Assembly: GCA_963664395.2 (NCBI GenBank)
Contig: OY761159.2
Location: 3,200,001 to 3,264,000, forward strand
From: Candidatus Binatia bacterium
GTDB lineage: Bacteria > Desulfobacterota > Binatia > Bin18
DNA: 64,000 bases
Reading direction: 5' to 3'
Below are positions 20,434 through 30,325 of this stretch, piece by piece; position 1 is the stretch's first letter, and each line of letters starts with the position of its first letter. The notes under the pieces were generated by a model that was not told the origin of the DNA, searched no databases, and saw only the letters and a list, made by a program, of their open reading frames with translations. Both the position numbers and the translations under genes were made by a program.

Positions 20434-21670
20434 TTAAGGAAGTGGATTCTCCCTTGTAAAGAATTCGTCTGTGGTGAAATTATGGACTACCCTTACCTTG
20501 TTCCGAATCTTTTCAAAATCTAGTCGTTCTGGAGTCCCCGCCGTTTCCAGATACTTTTGGACGATTACACAGGAATAATGAGCAACTGCCAGACCGTATT
20601 CAGGACCGTTTGTTAGCTCGACAGTCGGCTGCTCCTGAAACCCTCTGTTGTCAATGTTTGTAATGGCCTGGACGTGGGAATTAACAATTTCCTGTCTGTT
20701 TTCAATATGTGGCTGGTGAAGCTGACTCAGCCAGATATTTATACGCCGCGCCTTATTCGCTCTAAGCCTCTCGAACATGAGTCTCCCGAATAAGCACTCA
20801 TATGCATCTTGGCCTGTTTGTGAAGTAAAAGAGCCTTTCTCTGCATAGCAGACATATGCTTCAAAAATTAAGCTACTTAAAGTTTCGATAAATTTTACGC
20901 GGACGTTTGGGTCGTCTTGAGAATAATTGAACTCTCCTGTTTGTAACCTATTCACTAGGGATCAACCGGATGTATGGATCGTGTAGAAGGTCCTGCCGCA
21001 TTTCTTCTACTCTCTGCCTAATCAGCTCTGCGTCTTCAGCGACAACACATTCAACAAGAGCTAGGTTGTCTGGTTTCTCTCCATTAAAACCCGCCTCGCT
21101 GATGAATATATCAACGGATTCTTCCTTCTTTATTTGAGAAGGATTCGGCACTAATAGGTGCTTGACTGAAGAAGTATCCCCTCGCTGGAGTTGAGGTTGA
21201 TCTAGGGGCGCCTGATTGACTGGGGGATTTTTGAATGCTTTTTGAATATCTCTTGCGAGCTTGACAAAGAGGGCTTCCCGCTCCCCCTCTTTCATATCGA
21301 TAAGAGGCTTTGCTTCAGGGTTAGCCACTTGAAACTGATTGATAATTGGGGTTTCAAGGAAAGGTTTCACTATGACGGGAAGAGTGAATAGTCCCCTGTC
21401 TTCTGCGGCTTTAAGAAGAGGAGGGAGTTCGTCTGTCGCTATGAAATCAGAGGCGAGAAAATCAGCGCTAAGCAGGAGCACGGCTGCTTGAGACGATTCA
21501 ATCGCTTGTCTAATTTCTTCTCACCAGCGGTCTCCAGTCTTAATTCGCGTATCATCCCACAGGTCTATAGTTCCACCTCGTTCAAGCGGCTTGAGATGGA
21601 CAAGGAGCCGCTCAAGCCACTCCTTGTCTTCGTGGCTATAGCTAATGAATATTTTTGGTCGGGTTGCCAT
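20434..21670 (-). pseudogene. TIR domain - degenerate DUF3800/RNase H-like fusion, interrupted by an in-frame TGA (21521-21523) and a probable frameshift (~20950)
   Basis: Manual translation from ATG 21670: [85 protein letters not shown] (TIR_2); then IFISEAG..LLHDPY / FNYSQDDPNVRVKFIE..LAVAHY in the overlapping ORF 20434-20955. Confidence 0.7.
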
Positions 21671-21767
21671 TATCAATCCGTTTCATTTGATATCCCTCCC
21701 TTGAAAGGTCTTTTCCTACGCTCCTAAAATAGGGCAGCTTAGGGCGGCGGAATGCGGCTCCTCAGGA

Positions 21768-22964
21768 TCAAATCACCCCATCCTCTTTGAGCGCCCGAAT
21801 CTCAGCCTCAGACAAGCCCAGTAACTTGCTATACACCAGTTCGTTATGCTCGCCCAGATTCGGACTCGGTGTGTCGTTGGGGGGCTGCTGGCCGTTGAAG
21901 CGCCAGGGGGCACCCAGAACGGTGACGTTGCCGGCGGTGGGATGGTTGATGTCTTTCAGAATGCCGCGTTCGCGTAGATGGGGGTCGTTGAGGACTTCTT
22001 CGACGCTCTGGACCGCACCACAGGTGATATCCGCCTCGCCACATAGCCGCATGATTTCGTGTTTCGGATGTTGTTTTGTCCAGGCGATGACAATCTCATC
22101 CACCTCATCTGCGTACTTGGCGCGGGCTCTGTTGGTAGCGAATCTTTCGTCCTGCGCGATATCTTCGCGCCCCATGAGCGTACACAACGCCTGCCAACGC
22201 TGATTGTCTGAGGTCAGGAGTAAGACATGGCCGTCACTGGCCGGATAACAATTATATGGAGAGAAGGCGCGGTTCGGAGCCCTGTTGCCTGCCCGTTCGT
22301 AGGTGCCGCCTTGGGCGCGGTAGGCCGAGATTTGGGCGGTCATAGGCCCAATGGCTGATTCAAACAGCGAGGTTTCTACTTCGAGCCCCTCTCCGGTGCG
22401 GTCGCGTTGATGCAGGGCAGCTAATATGCCCGCCGCAAAATGAATGCCTGCCATGATGTCCATAATCGGAGGCCCGGCCTTCATAGGCGGACCGGCCGGA
22501 TCGCCCGTTGTGCTCATGATGCCGGACAGGGCTTGGACAATAGAATCAAACGCGGGGTAGGCGCTGTATGGGCCGGTCTTGCCATAGCCCGAGCTTGACG
22601 CGTAGATAATGCGCGGATTGATGTGCTTTAAGTCCTGATAGCCCAGACCCAGCTTGTCCATGGTCCCGGCGGTAAAGTTCTCGACGACAATATCGGCCTC
22701 TGTCACAAACTGTTTGAACAGCTCTTTGCCGCGTTCGGATTTGAGATTCAGTGTAATGCCTTTTTTATTCGAGTTGAGCATCACAAAGGGATAGCTCTGC
22801 TTTTCGGCGTCCGGGATCGGAAAAATACTGCGCGCGCGTTCACCGTAGGGGAGCGGCTCGATTTTAATGACTTCAGCTCCGAGAAAGCCCAGCACTTGGG
22901 TCGCATAGGGACCGTTAAAGACGTGGGTGAGATCAAGAACGCGAATGTCATCTAATGCTCGCAT
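21768..22964 (-). CDS. CaiB/BaiF family CoA-transferase
   Basis: LDDIRVLDLTHVFNGP, LNSNKKGITLNLK, ADIVVENF, SGYGKTGP. Confidence 0.93.
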   Translation of the reverse strand: MRALDDIRVLDLTHVFNGPYATQVLGFLGAEVIKIEPLPYGERARSIFPIPDAEKQSYPFVMLNSNKKGITLNLKSERGKELFKQFVTEADIVVENFTAGTMDKLGLGYQDLKHINPRIIYASSSGYGKTGPYSAYPAFDSIVQALSGIMSTTGDPAGPPMKAGPPIMDIMAGIHFAAGILAALHQRDRTGEGLEVETSLFESAIGPMTAQISAYRAQGGTYERAGNRAPNRAFSPYNCYPASDGHVLLLTSDNQRWQALCTLMGREDIAQDERFATNRARAKYADEVDEIVIAWTKQHPKHEIMRLCGEADITCGAVQSVEEVLNDPHLRERGILKDINHPTAGNVTVLGAPWRFNGQQPPNDTPSPNLGEHNELVYSKLLGLSEAEIRALKEDGVI

Positions 22965-23101
22965 GGACAGTTCCCTTTTAGCCGACCCTCAGCGGTCAGC
23001 TATCAGTCGATGCAGGGAAAGGCAAGGAAGCACAGGAAGCAAAGGGGATTTTCTGAGCAGAGAAGAAAGGAGTACAAAGAAGAAGGGAAAGGAGGCGCAC
23101 T

Positions 23102-24565
23102 ATGCTCGATCTCATCATCACCGGGGGAACCGTTGTGACGCCGCACACTGTTGCTGCGTTGGATGTTGGCATTGCCGGGGAGCACATCGTTGCCGTGGGC
23201 CAACCCGGAACCTTAAGTGCCGCTGCCGGACGGGTGATCGATGCAACGGGAAAGATCGTGTTGCCGGGCGGGATCGAGCCGCATGCGCATATTGGCATTC
23301 CCGTCCCGCCGGATTGGACCGGCCAGCCGGATGTGATGACCCAGCCACCTGAGGCCGCCAGTCGGGCAGCCGCGTTCGGTGGGGTGACAACCATTATTGA
23401 TTTTGCGGGTGATTTGTCTCGTAAGGCGCTGCGGGGAGAACGCCGTCGCCCGCTGCTCGATGTGCTTGAGCGGCGGCGGACTGTCTTTCGAGATCATTGC
23501 TACACGGATTTTGCCTTTCATTACATGCTTGCCGGGGAATGCGGCCATCAAGCCGCGGGCCAGATTGCCGAAGCAGTCCAAGAAGGCGTGGGCAGCTTCA
23601 AGATTTTTACCACCACGGAGATACGCATTCCGTATGGACATCTGTGGGAGATTTTCGCGGAAGTGGCCAAGCACGGTGGCATGATGGCCGTCCATGCCGA
23701 AGAAGATGAAATCGTGAATTATATGCTTGAAAAGCTCAAACGCGAGGGACGCGATCAAGCCTATAATATGCATCTGGTCCACAACAACCTGTCTGAAGAT
23801 CTGGCCTTTCGCACTATTATTCGTCTGGCCGAGCACACCGGCACCGGGGTGTATTTCGTGCATACCACGGCCAAGGAAGGCGTGCGCGCCATTGCCGAAG
23901 CGCGCCAAGCAGGACAGCCAGTGTACGGTGAGGCCCTGCATCACTATCTGCACTTCACCTGTGAAGATTACAAGAAGCCGGACGGCATGGCGATTCATAC
24001 CTATCCGGCGCTGAAGTTCGCCGACGACCGCGAGGCTCTGCTCGACGGCTTGCTCGATGGACAGCTGTGCACCGCGGCCACGGACGAGTATACGACCTAT
24101 AAAGGCCCCAAGCTGTTCAGCGATCGCATTGAGTCCATCTGTGGCGGACATAATGGGGTAGAGACGCGCGTGCCCGTTTCTTTCACTAAATGTGTGGTCG
24201 AACGTGGTATGTCGCTCCAGCGCTTTGCCGGGATTATTGCAACCAACGCCGCCAAGATTCTGGGCCTGTATCCGCAAAAGGGCGCCATTCAGCCGGGCAG
24301 CGACGCCGACATTGTCCTGCTTGATCCCAACCTGACAAAAACGATTGCCGTGGATGATCTGCACGCCGACTCTGACTACAGCATTTGGGAAGGATTTACG
24401 TGCAAAGGCTATCCGGTCATGACGCTCTTGCGTGGGAAGGTGATTGTCGAAAATGGCAAGCTGGTCGGGCATTCGACGGATGGTCGCTGGCTGAAGCGCA
24501 GGGTTGGGGGGATGTTTTGGTTCGGCCTGCACTGTGATCGTCTTGTTCGTCTGAGGCTGCCATGA
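23102..24565 (+). CDS. Dihydropyrimidinase/hydantoinase-like amidohydrolase
   Basis: PGGIEPHAH, AAFGGVTTIIDF, SFKIF, VHAE, TNAAKILGLYPQKGAIQPGSDAD. Confidence 0.88.
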   Translation: MLDLIITGGTVVTPHTVAALDVGIAGEHIVAVGQPGTLSAAAGRVIDATGKIVLPGGIEPHAHIGIPVPPDWTGQPDVMTQPPEAASRAAAFGGVTTIIDFAGDLSRKALRGERRRPLLDVLERRRTVFRDHCYTDFAFHYMLAGECGHQAAGQIAEAVQEGVGSFKIFTTTEIRIPYGHLWEIFAEVAKHGGMMAVHAEEDEIVNYMLEKLKREGRDQAYNMHLVHNNLSEDLAFRTIIRLAEHTGTGVYFVHTTAKEGVRAIAEARQAGQPVYGEALHHYLHFTCEDYKKPDGMAIHTYPALKFADDREALLDGLLDGQLCTAATDEYTTYKGPKLFSDRIESICGGHNGVETRVPVSFTKCVVERGMSLQRFAGIIATNAAKILGLYPQKGAIQPGSDADIVLLDPNLTKTIAVDDLHADSDYSIWEGFTCKGYPVMTLLRGKVIVENGKLVGHSTDGRWLKRRVGGMFWFGLHCDRLVRLRLP

Positions 24566-25353
24566 CTACGTGGGACCCGCAACAATACCAGCGCTTTCAA
24601 AAGGAACGCGCCCAGCCTTTCTTCGATTTATTGAGCCGTCTTCCAGATGGCGAGGTGACGACGGCTGCCGATCTGGGTTGCGGGCCGGGCACGCTCACGG
24701 CGACACTGACCGAACGCTGGCCACACGCAAGCGTGTGGGGGGTGGATAATTCGCCTCAGATGTTGGCCACGGCCAGGGCGCAGCCGGCTCAGACCCGGTT
24801 GCATTTTGTAGAAGCGAATATTGCCAAGTGGTCCCCGCCGCGGCGACTGGACCGCATCATATCGAACGCGGCTCTGCACTGGGTGCCCGAGCATCAGGCT
24901 GTTTTACAACGACTGGTCAGCTTGCTGACTCCATACGGCGTGCTGGCGGTGCAGATGCCGAACAATCATGCCGAGGCCGCCCACCGGATTTTGCGCGAGT
25001 CAGTGCAGCAAGAGCCGTGGGGGTCGCTGCTGGCCGGCTCGGAAGAGCGTTTTTTTATGCAGACCCCAGACTGGTACGCTCATACGCTCCACACTCTCGG
25101 GTGTACAGTCCAGGTATGGGAGACGATTTATTATCAGCTCTTGCCCGGTGAGAACGCGGTGTTGGAATGGATGAAAGGCACGGCCCTGAGACCGACGCTT
25201 GAGCGCTTGGGCCAACACCTCGGTCGGGACGGGCAGGCCGCATTTCTGGACATGTACGGCCAGCAACTCGCCCAGGCTTATCCGGTCGGCCCGAACGGGA
25301 CGCTGTTTCCTTTCCGTCGGCTGTTCTTTATTGCGCAGCGCGCTGAGCCCTGA
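24562..25353 (+). CDS. tam: Trans-aconitate 2-methyltransferase-like SAM methyltransferase
   Basis: WDPQQY..ERAQPFFDLL, DLGCGPG, SNAALHWVP, GTALRP, FPFRRLF. Confidence 0.85.
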   Translation: MTTWDPQQYQRFQKERAQPFFDLLSRLPDGEVTTAADLGCGPGTLTATLTERWPHASVWGVDNSPQMLATARAQPAQTRLHFVEANIAKWSPPRRLDRIISNAALHWVPEHQAVLQRLVSLLTPYGVLAVQMPNNHAEAAHRILRESVQQEPWGSLLAGSEERFFMQTPDWYAHTLHTLGCTVQVWETIYYQLLPGENAVLEWMKGTALRPTLERLGQHLGRDGQAAFLDMYGQQLAQAYPVGPNGTLFPFRRLFFIAQRAEP

Positions 25354-25461
25354 TACCACTCCGGGCCACTTTGCCACTGAACTTGGTCATCTCGGAGTCG
25401 GCTGAGCCCAGCGTAAGCCGACGAGAGGGCAAATCGCCAGTGGCGGTGTTGAGAGGGTAGT

Positions 25462-26690
25462 GTGTCAGACAGCACGCACAAACCGCGATCTTCATTCTGG
25501 CCGGGGCGGTGTTTGCCACCATGCTGGGGAACGGCATGGTGATGCCCTTTATTCCCGTGTACGTCGGTCAGTTCGGGCTGGGCGGCCTGGGAGCGGGCTT
25601 GCTGTTCAGCGTCCATGCAGCAACCCGGACCGTGTTGCTGCCGTTCATCGGACGCGCGTCCGACCGCTGGGACCGACGTGGCTTTCTGCTGGTTGGGGTG
25701 CTGTTCTACGCCCTGGCGTCCGTGGCCTATCCCCTGGCCGATCGGGTCGCGGCCTTTGTCGGCATTATGGCCGTCCACGGCACGGGCACGGCCATCGTCC
25801 ATCTGGTTTCCATGGCCTATATCGGCGACCTTGCACCGCGGGGTGAGGAGGGCAGGTATAGCGGCTATATGAATACCGCCCTCTTGGGCGGGATTGCCGG
25901 CGGGCCCGTCTTGGGGGGAGTCATCCGCGACTTCTCTTCCATGTCGGTCAATTTTCTGACGATGACCGCCTTGAGCGGGGTATCCTTTTTCTTGCTGGCG
26001 GTCCTGCTGCCCTGCGTCGAATCAATCCAGACCGGACTGAAAAAACCCAAGCCAGCCTCCACCTCGCCCTGGCAATTACTCTCCTGCCGTCCGGTCGTGG
26101 GGGTGGCCAGCTTTCGGCTCGCCTACGCGTGTACGAATGCCTTGATCTGGATATTCCTGCCGATCCTGGCCGCCCGGCTGTGGACCTTATCCACGACGTA
26201 GATCGGGGTGTTAATCTCCGTCAATGTGATGGTCAGCACCGTGCTGCAAGCCCCCTGCGGCCGGCTGGCCGACCGGAAGAGGAAGGCGGTGCTGATTGCC
26301 CTGGGTGGGGTTGGCAGCGCGCTGGCCCTGGCGGCCTTTCCGTTTGCGACCATGTTCTGGCAGGTGCTGGCCCTCAATATCTGTATCGGTGCCTGCTACG
26401 GCCTGGCCTTCCCGGCCCATACGGCAGTCGGCATGGAGAACGCCGGTTCATACGGCATGGCCACCGTCATGAGCCTGCTCATGATGTCGCACGGCGTCGG
26501 CATGATGGTCGGGCCGCTGCTGTTCGGCGCAATTGCGGATCAACTCAGCCTCGCCTGGGCATTCTGGGCCGGGGGGCTGATCAACCTCGGCCTGATAATC
26601 GCCTGTTGGCTATTGCTGGTGGGAACGCCGACTGAACTGGAAGGGGAACCGCTCCGGCCCGTGAACACCGATCCTGTCGAGGCGGAGTGA
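25462..26690 (+). pseudogene. MFS transporter with in-frame TAG (26199-26201) and probable N-terminal frameshift
   Basis: Both halves in the same frame (LSTT*IGVLISVN); GRASDRWDRR and GRLADRKRK MFS motifs; RBS-linked GTG at 25462 is one base out of frame. Confidence 0.75.
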
Positions 26691-26795
26691 AGTCTTTCCA
26701 CAGGCGGCTTGCGCGCATCTTGTATGCGAGAAATCAGTAAAGCGCAGGGTCTAATATCGCGCGCGGGAAAGTATGAAAGTCAGGATGAAGGGCCA

Positions 26796-27377
26796 TTAGG
26801 GATTCCCGGTCAGTTCATTAAACTGTAATCTGCCTCCGTTGGTCCCGTTGAGCGTGAGCATATCCTCCGGCTTGTCATGCCGTGCGGATCCTTTCCCCAT
26901 CCGCGTCGGTTTTTTGCCTAAGCGAATGTTTTTAATACTTATGAAACGCTGCTCATAATCATTTTCTTTAAGGAAGTTCCTCTGATCCCAGAATGCCTGA
27001 CCAATAGCACGACAGTAAGAAACAAGGCATTTCGCTCCCTTCAGTTGTTGGACAATTTCGTTATGCAAGCCGTATTTACCGCCCTTCATTTCAATGTAGA
27101 TGATCCAGTTTCGTTTATCGGTCCTTGCAACGATGACATAATCAGCCCGCTTACATTCTCCTTTCTCACCTTTAAAAATTTCTCCTGGAGGCGGAAAACG
27201 ATCTGCTTTAATAGCGATAATGTCATCGGGCGCCCCGTGTATCTTTACGGTATACTGGGATTGTGGGCTGTTACTGATTTCTTTCAGGGTAATAACATTT
27301 TTGTTATTAGAAGACTCAATTAGGGCTAGCGCCTCATCCTTGATTAATTCGTGCAATATATCCACATCGTCCATCAT
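26796..27377 (-). CDS. Hypothetical protein with PD-(D/E)XK-like nuclease pattern, partner of AAA ATPase
   Basis: KRADYVIV..IIYIEMK..IVQQLKG; ATGA overlap with the upstream ATPase stop; AT-rich. Confidence 0.6.
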   Translation of the reverse strand: MMDDVDILHELIKDEALALIESSNNKNVITLKEISNSPQSQYTVKIHGAPDDIIAIKADRFPPPGEIFKGEKGECKRADYVIVARTDKRNWIIYIEMKGGKYGLHNEIVQQLKGAKCLVSYCRAIGQAFWDQRNFLKENDYEQRFISIKNIRLGKKPTRMGKGSARHDKPEDMLTLNGTNGGRLQFNELTGNP

Positions 27378-28783
27378 CCATCCTCTCCCCACACGATGGC
27401 TTCCTGAATCTCGTTCATTTTATTAATTGTTTTGTCGAAACTGCCCATTTCAATACCTAGTTCCGGGTCTATCTTTGCTTCCACAAGCGTTTGGCAGCGG
27501 CTCCTCCTTTTGTTGCCGTCTAAGAGAACAAAATCCTCTTCTGCTATGTACGCCTTGATTTTCTCGGGAGCGATAAATTCAGAACTTTTGTATCCTTCCT
27601 GTTGGGCGATACGTTTCAAGTACGGCTTGTCCTGGTTCAGCATGATGAGGGTGTTCAGTTCTTTTACGATGTAATCGCTGTGCGTGGTAATGAAGACCTT
27701 GATTCCGAGATTCGCTAGCCTCGCGAAGAGCCGTACTACGCGGCGCTGGTTCTCGGGATGTAGATTCAATTCCGGCTCGTCCACTATCAGCAAATCGCCG
27801 TGCTCAGCGGCATGGCGTAAATAGAAGTCAACATTGAGCAGGGATCGTACCCCGCTGGAGCTTTCATTCATGCTGAGTCTGATCTCTGTGTCCTTTGGTA
27901 TAAAATACAGCTCGCCGTTGCGAGTCACGCGGTATGATCCGCCGACGATTTCGGCGAATTGCATTAGTACATCGGGATACTTTTCCACGAGAAAACTGTC
28001 CGTTTTTGTAGTGCTCTCAAGCCAGTGCATGAAGTTCATGTTAAATTTGACGGGGAGCGAGTAGTCTCGATACGACCTAAGCAATAACTCTCGTGGATTG
28101 ATATCGTCATCCGCCCGGCTCATTTCTTCTAACAAATGGCCACGGGCGAAAATTAGTTCTGTGCGGAAAACAGCGGCCCCTGTCCGCTCGGTGCTGGAGA
28201 TAAAAGCGTCTGGGAAAAACTGTCCGAAAATACGTTCATTGATAGTTTCGGTTATCAAGCTCCTAATGCGTTCAGTAGGAATTTCGACTCTTTGTTTTTC
28301 TCCCAACAAGGAAACTTCTAATTCCGTACTACCCTCAGCTTTAGCGATGGAAAAAAATTGACGATTTCGAGCACCAGTCTTACTCTTAAACGATATTCGC
28401 TTTATTGCCTCGGACAACGCGCTTCTTTCCAAAGATATATTGAATTGACTATCTCGAAACCTTTTTCTGGGTGCGGCAAAAATGCTTGGTAAGCCCTCAG
28501 TATACCGCTCACATAGAGTGTTAAGGATGCTCTCCGCTCCTTTGCCGTATTCGATCAAATCAATTTGTGTAATACCGTTGTCGAGAAGATTATTGATTGC
28601 TCGCTGAGATATCCGCCCCTCGCCCAGCGAACCTATACGATGCCGCCATGTGGCCAGAAACCCATATAGGGCATAGGTTGCATACGTCTTACCGGTATTG
28701 TTGCTACCGCAGATAATAGTGAAATCACCCAGGCTGAATTCGGCCTGCTTCAACACGCCAAGATTTTTTACCTTCACTTTCAT
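27374..28783 (-). CDS. ABC-type AAA ATPase (AAA_15/AAA_21-like)
   Basis: Walker A GSNNTGKT, signature SSGV, Walker B LIVDEPELNLHP, TTHS. Confidence 0.88.
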   Translation of the reverse strand: MKVKVKNLGVLKQAEFSLGDFTIICGSNNTGKTYATYALYGFLATWRHRIGSLGEGRISQRAINNLLDNGITQIDLIEYGKGAESILNTLCERYTEGLPSIFAAPRKRFRDSQFNISLERSALSEAIKRISFKSKTGARNRQFFSIAKAEGSTELEVSLLGEKQRVEIPTERIRSLITETINERIFGQFFPDAFISSTERTGAAVFRTELIFARGHLLEEMSRADDDINPRELLLRSYRDYSLPVKFNMNFMHWLESTTKTDSFLVEKYPDVLMQFAEIVGGSYRVTRNGELYFIPKDTEIRLSMNESSSGVRSLLNVDFYLRHAAEHGDLLIVDEPELNLHPENQRRVVRLFARLANLGIKVFITTHSDYIVKELNTLIMLNQDKPYLKRIAQQEGYKSSEFIAPEKIKAYIAEEDFVLLDGNKRRSRCQTLVEAKIDPELGIEMGSFDKTINKMNEIQEAIVWGEDG

Positions 28784-28869
28784 ACCGACACCTCCACAAT
28801 TGTTATGGTGTCATTACCGAATATGTCTCCTACCTTAAGGCAAGAAATAAGATGATTTTTTCTCGTGGT

Positions 28870-28983
28870 TACGTACTGCAACTTCCTAAAAGTCTCGTAC
28901 CAGATCTTCTTCTCCGCTTCTGTCATGCTTTTTCGGAGTTCTTTGGCGCAGGGTCCGAGAGCTTTGTTATACGGCAGGAAGAA
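28870..28983 (-). pseudogene. DUF559 (Vsr-like endonuclease) N-terminal fragment
   Basis: FLPYNKALGPCAKELRKSMTEAEKKIWYE, then similarity is lost. Confidence 0.6.
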
Positions 28984-29060
28984 ATCCCCCCGCCCTACGG
29001 GCTGCCCCCCTTGATAAGGGGGGTTAGGGGGGATTCCCTGCCTTCGGCTCATCGAATGAC
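28984..29060. repeat. REP-like element (CCCCCCTTGATAAGGGGGG)
   Basis: ATCCCCCC..CCCCCCTTGATAAGGGGGGTTAGGGGGGAT nested inverted repeats next to the DUF559 fragment. Confidence 0.65.
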
Positions 29061-29071
29061 CTGGGGTCTGC

Positions 29072-30169
29072 CTAGAAGAACTTTATGACGCTCCGGGCCA
29101 CCCCGCTGCCCTCTTTCAATAGATCGTAGGCTTCATTGACCTGTTCGAGCGAAAACGTCTTGGAGACCAACTCGTCAATCTTGATCTTTTTATCCATATA
29201 CATGTCGAGCAGGCGGGGCATGTCGACGCGGGGGCGGGTCGAACCGTAGTACGAGCCCTGAATACGCTTTTCCATCAAACAAAAGATGTTCGGGTTGAGC
29301 GAGATGCGCGCGCCGTTGGGCGACACGCCGACTACCGTACATAACCCGCCCCGGCCTGTCATCTTAAAGGCAAGCTCGATCGTCTTGGCCGTACTGATAA
29401 CCTCAAAGGCGTAATCCGCGCCCCGTCCACCGGTCAGTTCCATAACGGTTTTGAACGGATCGTCCTGGCCGGGGTTGATGGTATGCGTGGCGCCGAAGGT
29501 CTTGGCAAACTCCAGTTTTGAGTCCAACAGATCGACCGCAATAACCTGCCGCGCCCCGGACAGGGCACAGCCCTGAATGACGTTGAGGCCCACCCCGCCA
29601 CAGCCGATGACAACCGTGGAAGAGCCGGGCTGAACATTGGCGGTGTTGATGGCCGCGCCAACCCCGGTCATGGTCCCGCAGCCCACAAAACACGCTCGGT
29701 CGAGCGGGATATCTTCTCGGATCTTTATGGCACAGCTCTCGTGGACAATGGCCTCCTCTGCGAATGAGGCCGTATACGCAAAGTGGAAAATTTCGTCATT
29801 GTTCTTGCGCAGGCGCGTTGTCCCGTCCAGGAGCGTGCCGAGTGCTTTGGGCCGGGTCTCACACAAATGAGGTTTGCCCTGGGTACAATAATAGCAGGTG
29901 CCACAGACCGGGTTGAAAGACAGCACGACATGATCGCCTTCTTTGACCGAGGTCACGCCTGCGCCAACCTCAGCCACCACCCCGGCACCCTCATGACCCA
30001 GAACCATGGGCAGCGGCATCCGCATATCGCCGGTCATCACGTGCAAATCACTATGACAGGCGCCGTTGGCCGCCACCTTGACCTTGACCTCTCCGGCTTT
30101 TGGCGGGTCGATGTGTAAATCTTCAATCACGAGTGGCGTGTTCGGCTCATATAACACAGCAGCTTTCAT
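29072..30169 (-). CDS. Zn-dependent alcohol dehydrogenase (class III-like)
   Basis: CHSD, GHEGAG, CGTCYYC..C, GCGGVG. Confidence 0.93.
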   Translation of the reverse strand: MKAAVLYEPNTPLVIEDLHIDPPKAGEVKVKVAANGACHSDLHVMTGDMRMPLPMVLGHEGAGVVAEVGAGVTSVKEGDHVVLSFNPVCGTCYYCTQGKPHLCETRPKALGTLLDGTTRLRKNNDEIFHFAYTASFAEEAIVHESCAIKIREDIPLDRACFVGCGTMTGVGAAINTANVQPGSSTVVIGCGGVGLNVIQGCALSGARQVIAVDLLDSKLEFAKTFGATHTINPGQDDPFKTVMELTGGRGADYAFEVISTAKTIELAFKMTGRGGLCTVVGVSPNGARISLNPNIFCLMEKRIQGSYYGSTRPRVDMPRLLDMYMDKKIKIDELVSKTFSLEQVNEAYDLLKEGSGVARSVIKFF

Positions 30170-30325
30170 GGACCTTCCCTCCTGTTGATACAAAATACCC
30201 CATAGGAAACTGAAATGATAAACGGCTCGAAGAGCGCTGTCCAGAAAGCCTCACTCGGTCCGATGCCCTGTTCCCACAAGGACCAGTTAAGGAGGCGGGC
30301 GGGACTTCCATTCTCCCGAGAAAAA

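Noticed and set aside
21521-21523. Selenocysteine or alternative-code readthrough of the TIR TGA
   Set aside because: The position is not a Cys site, TGA is a normal stop in many genes here, and a second lesion exists downstream
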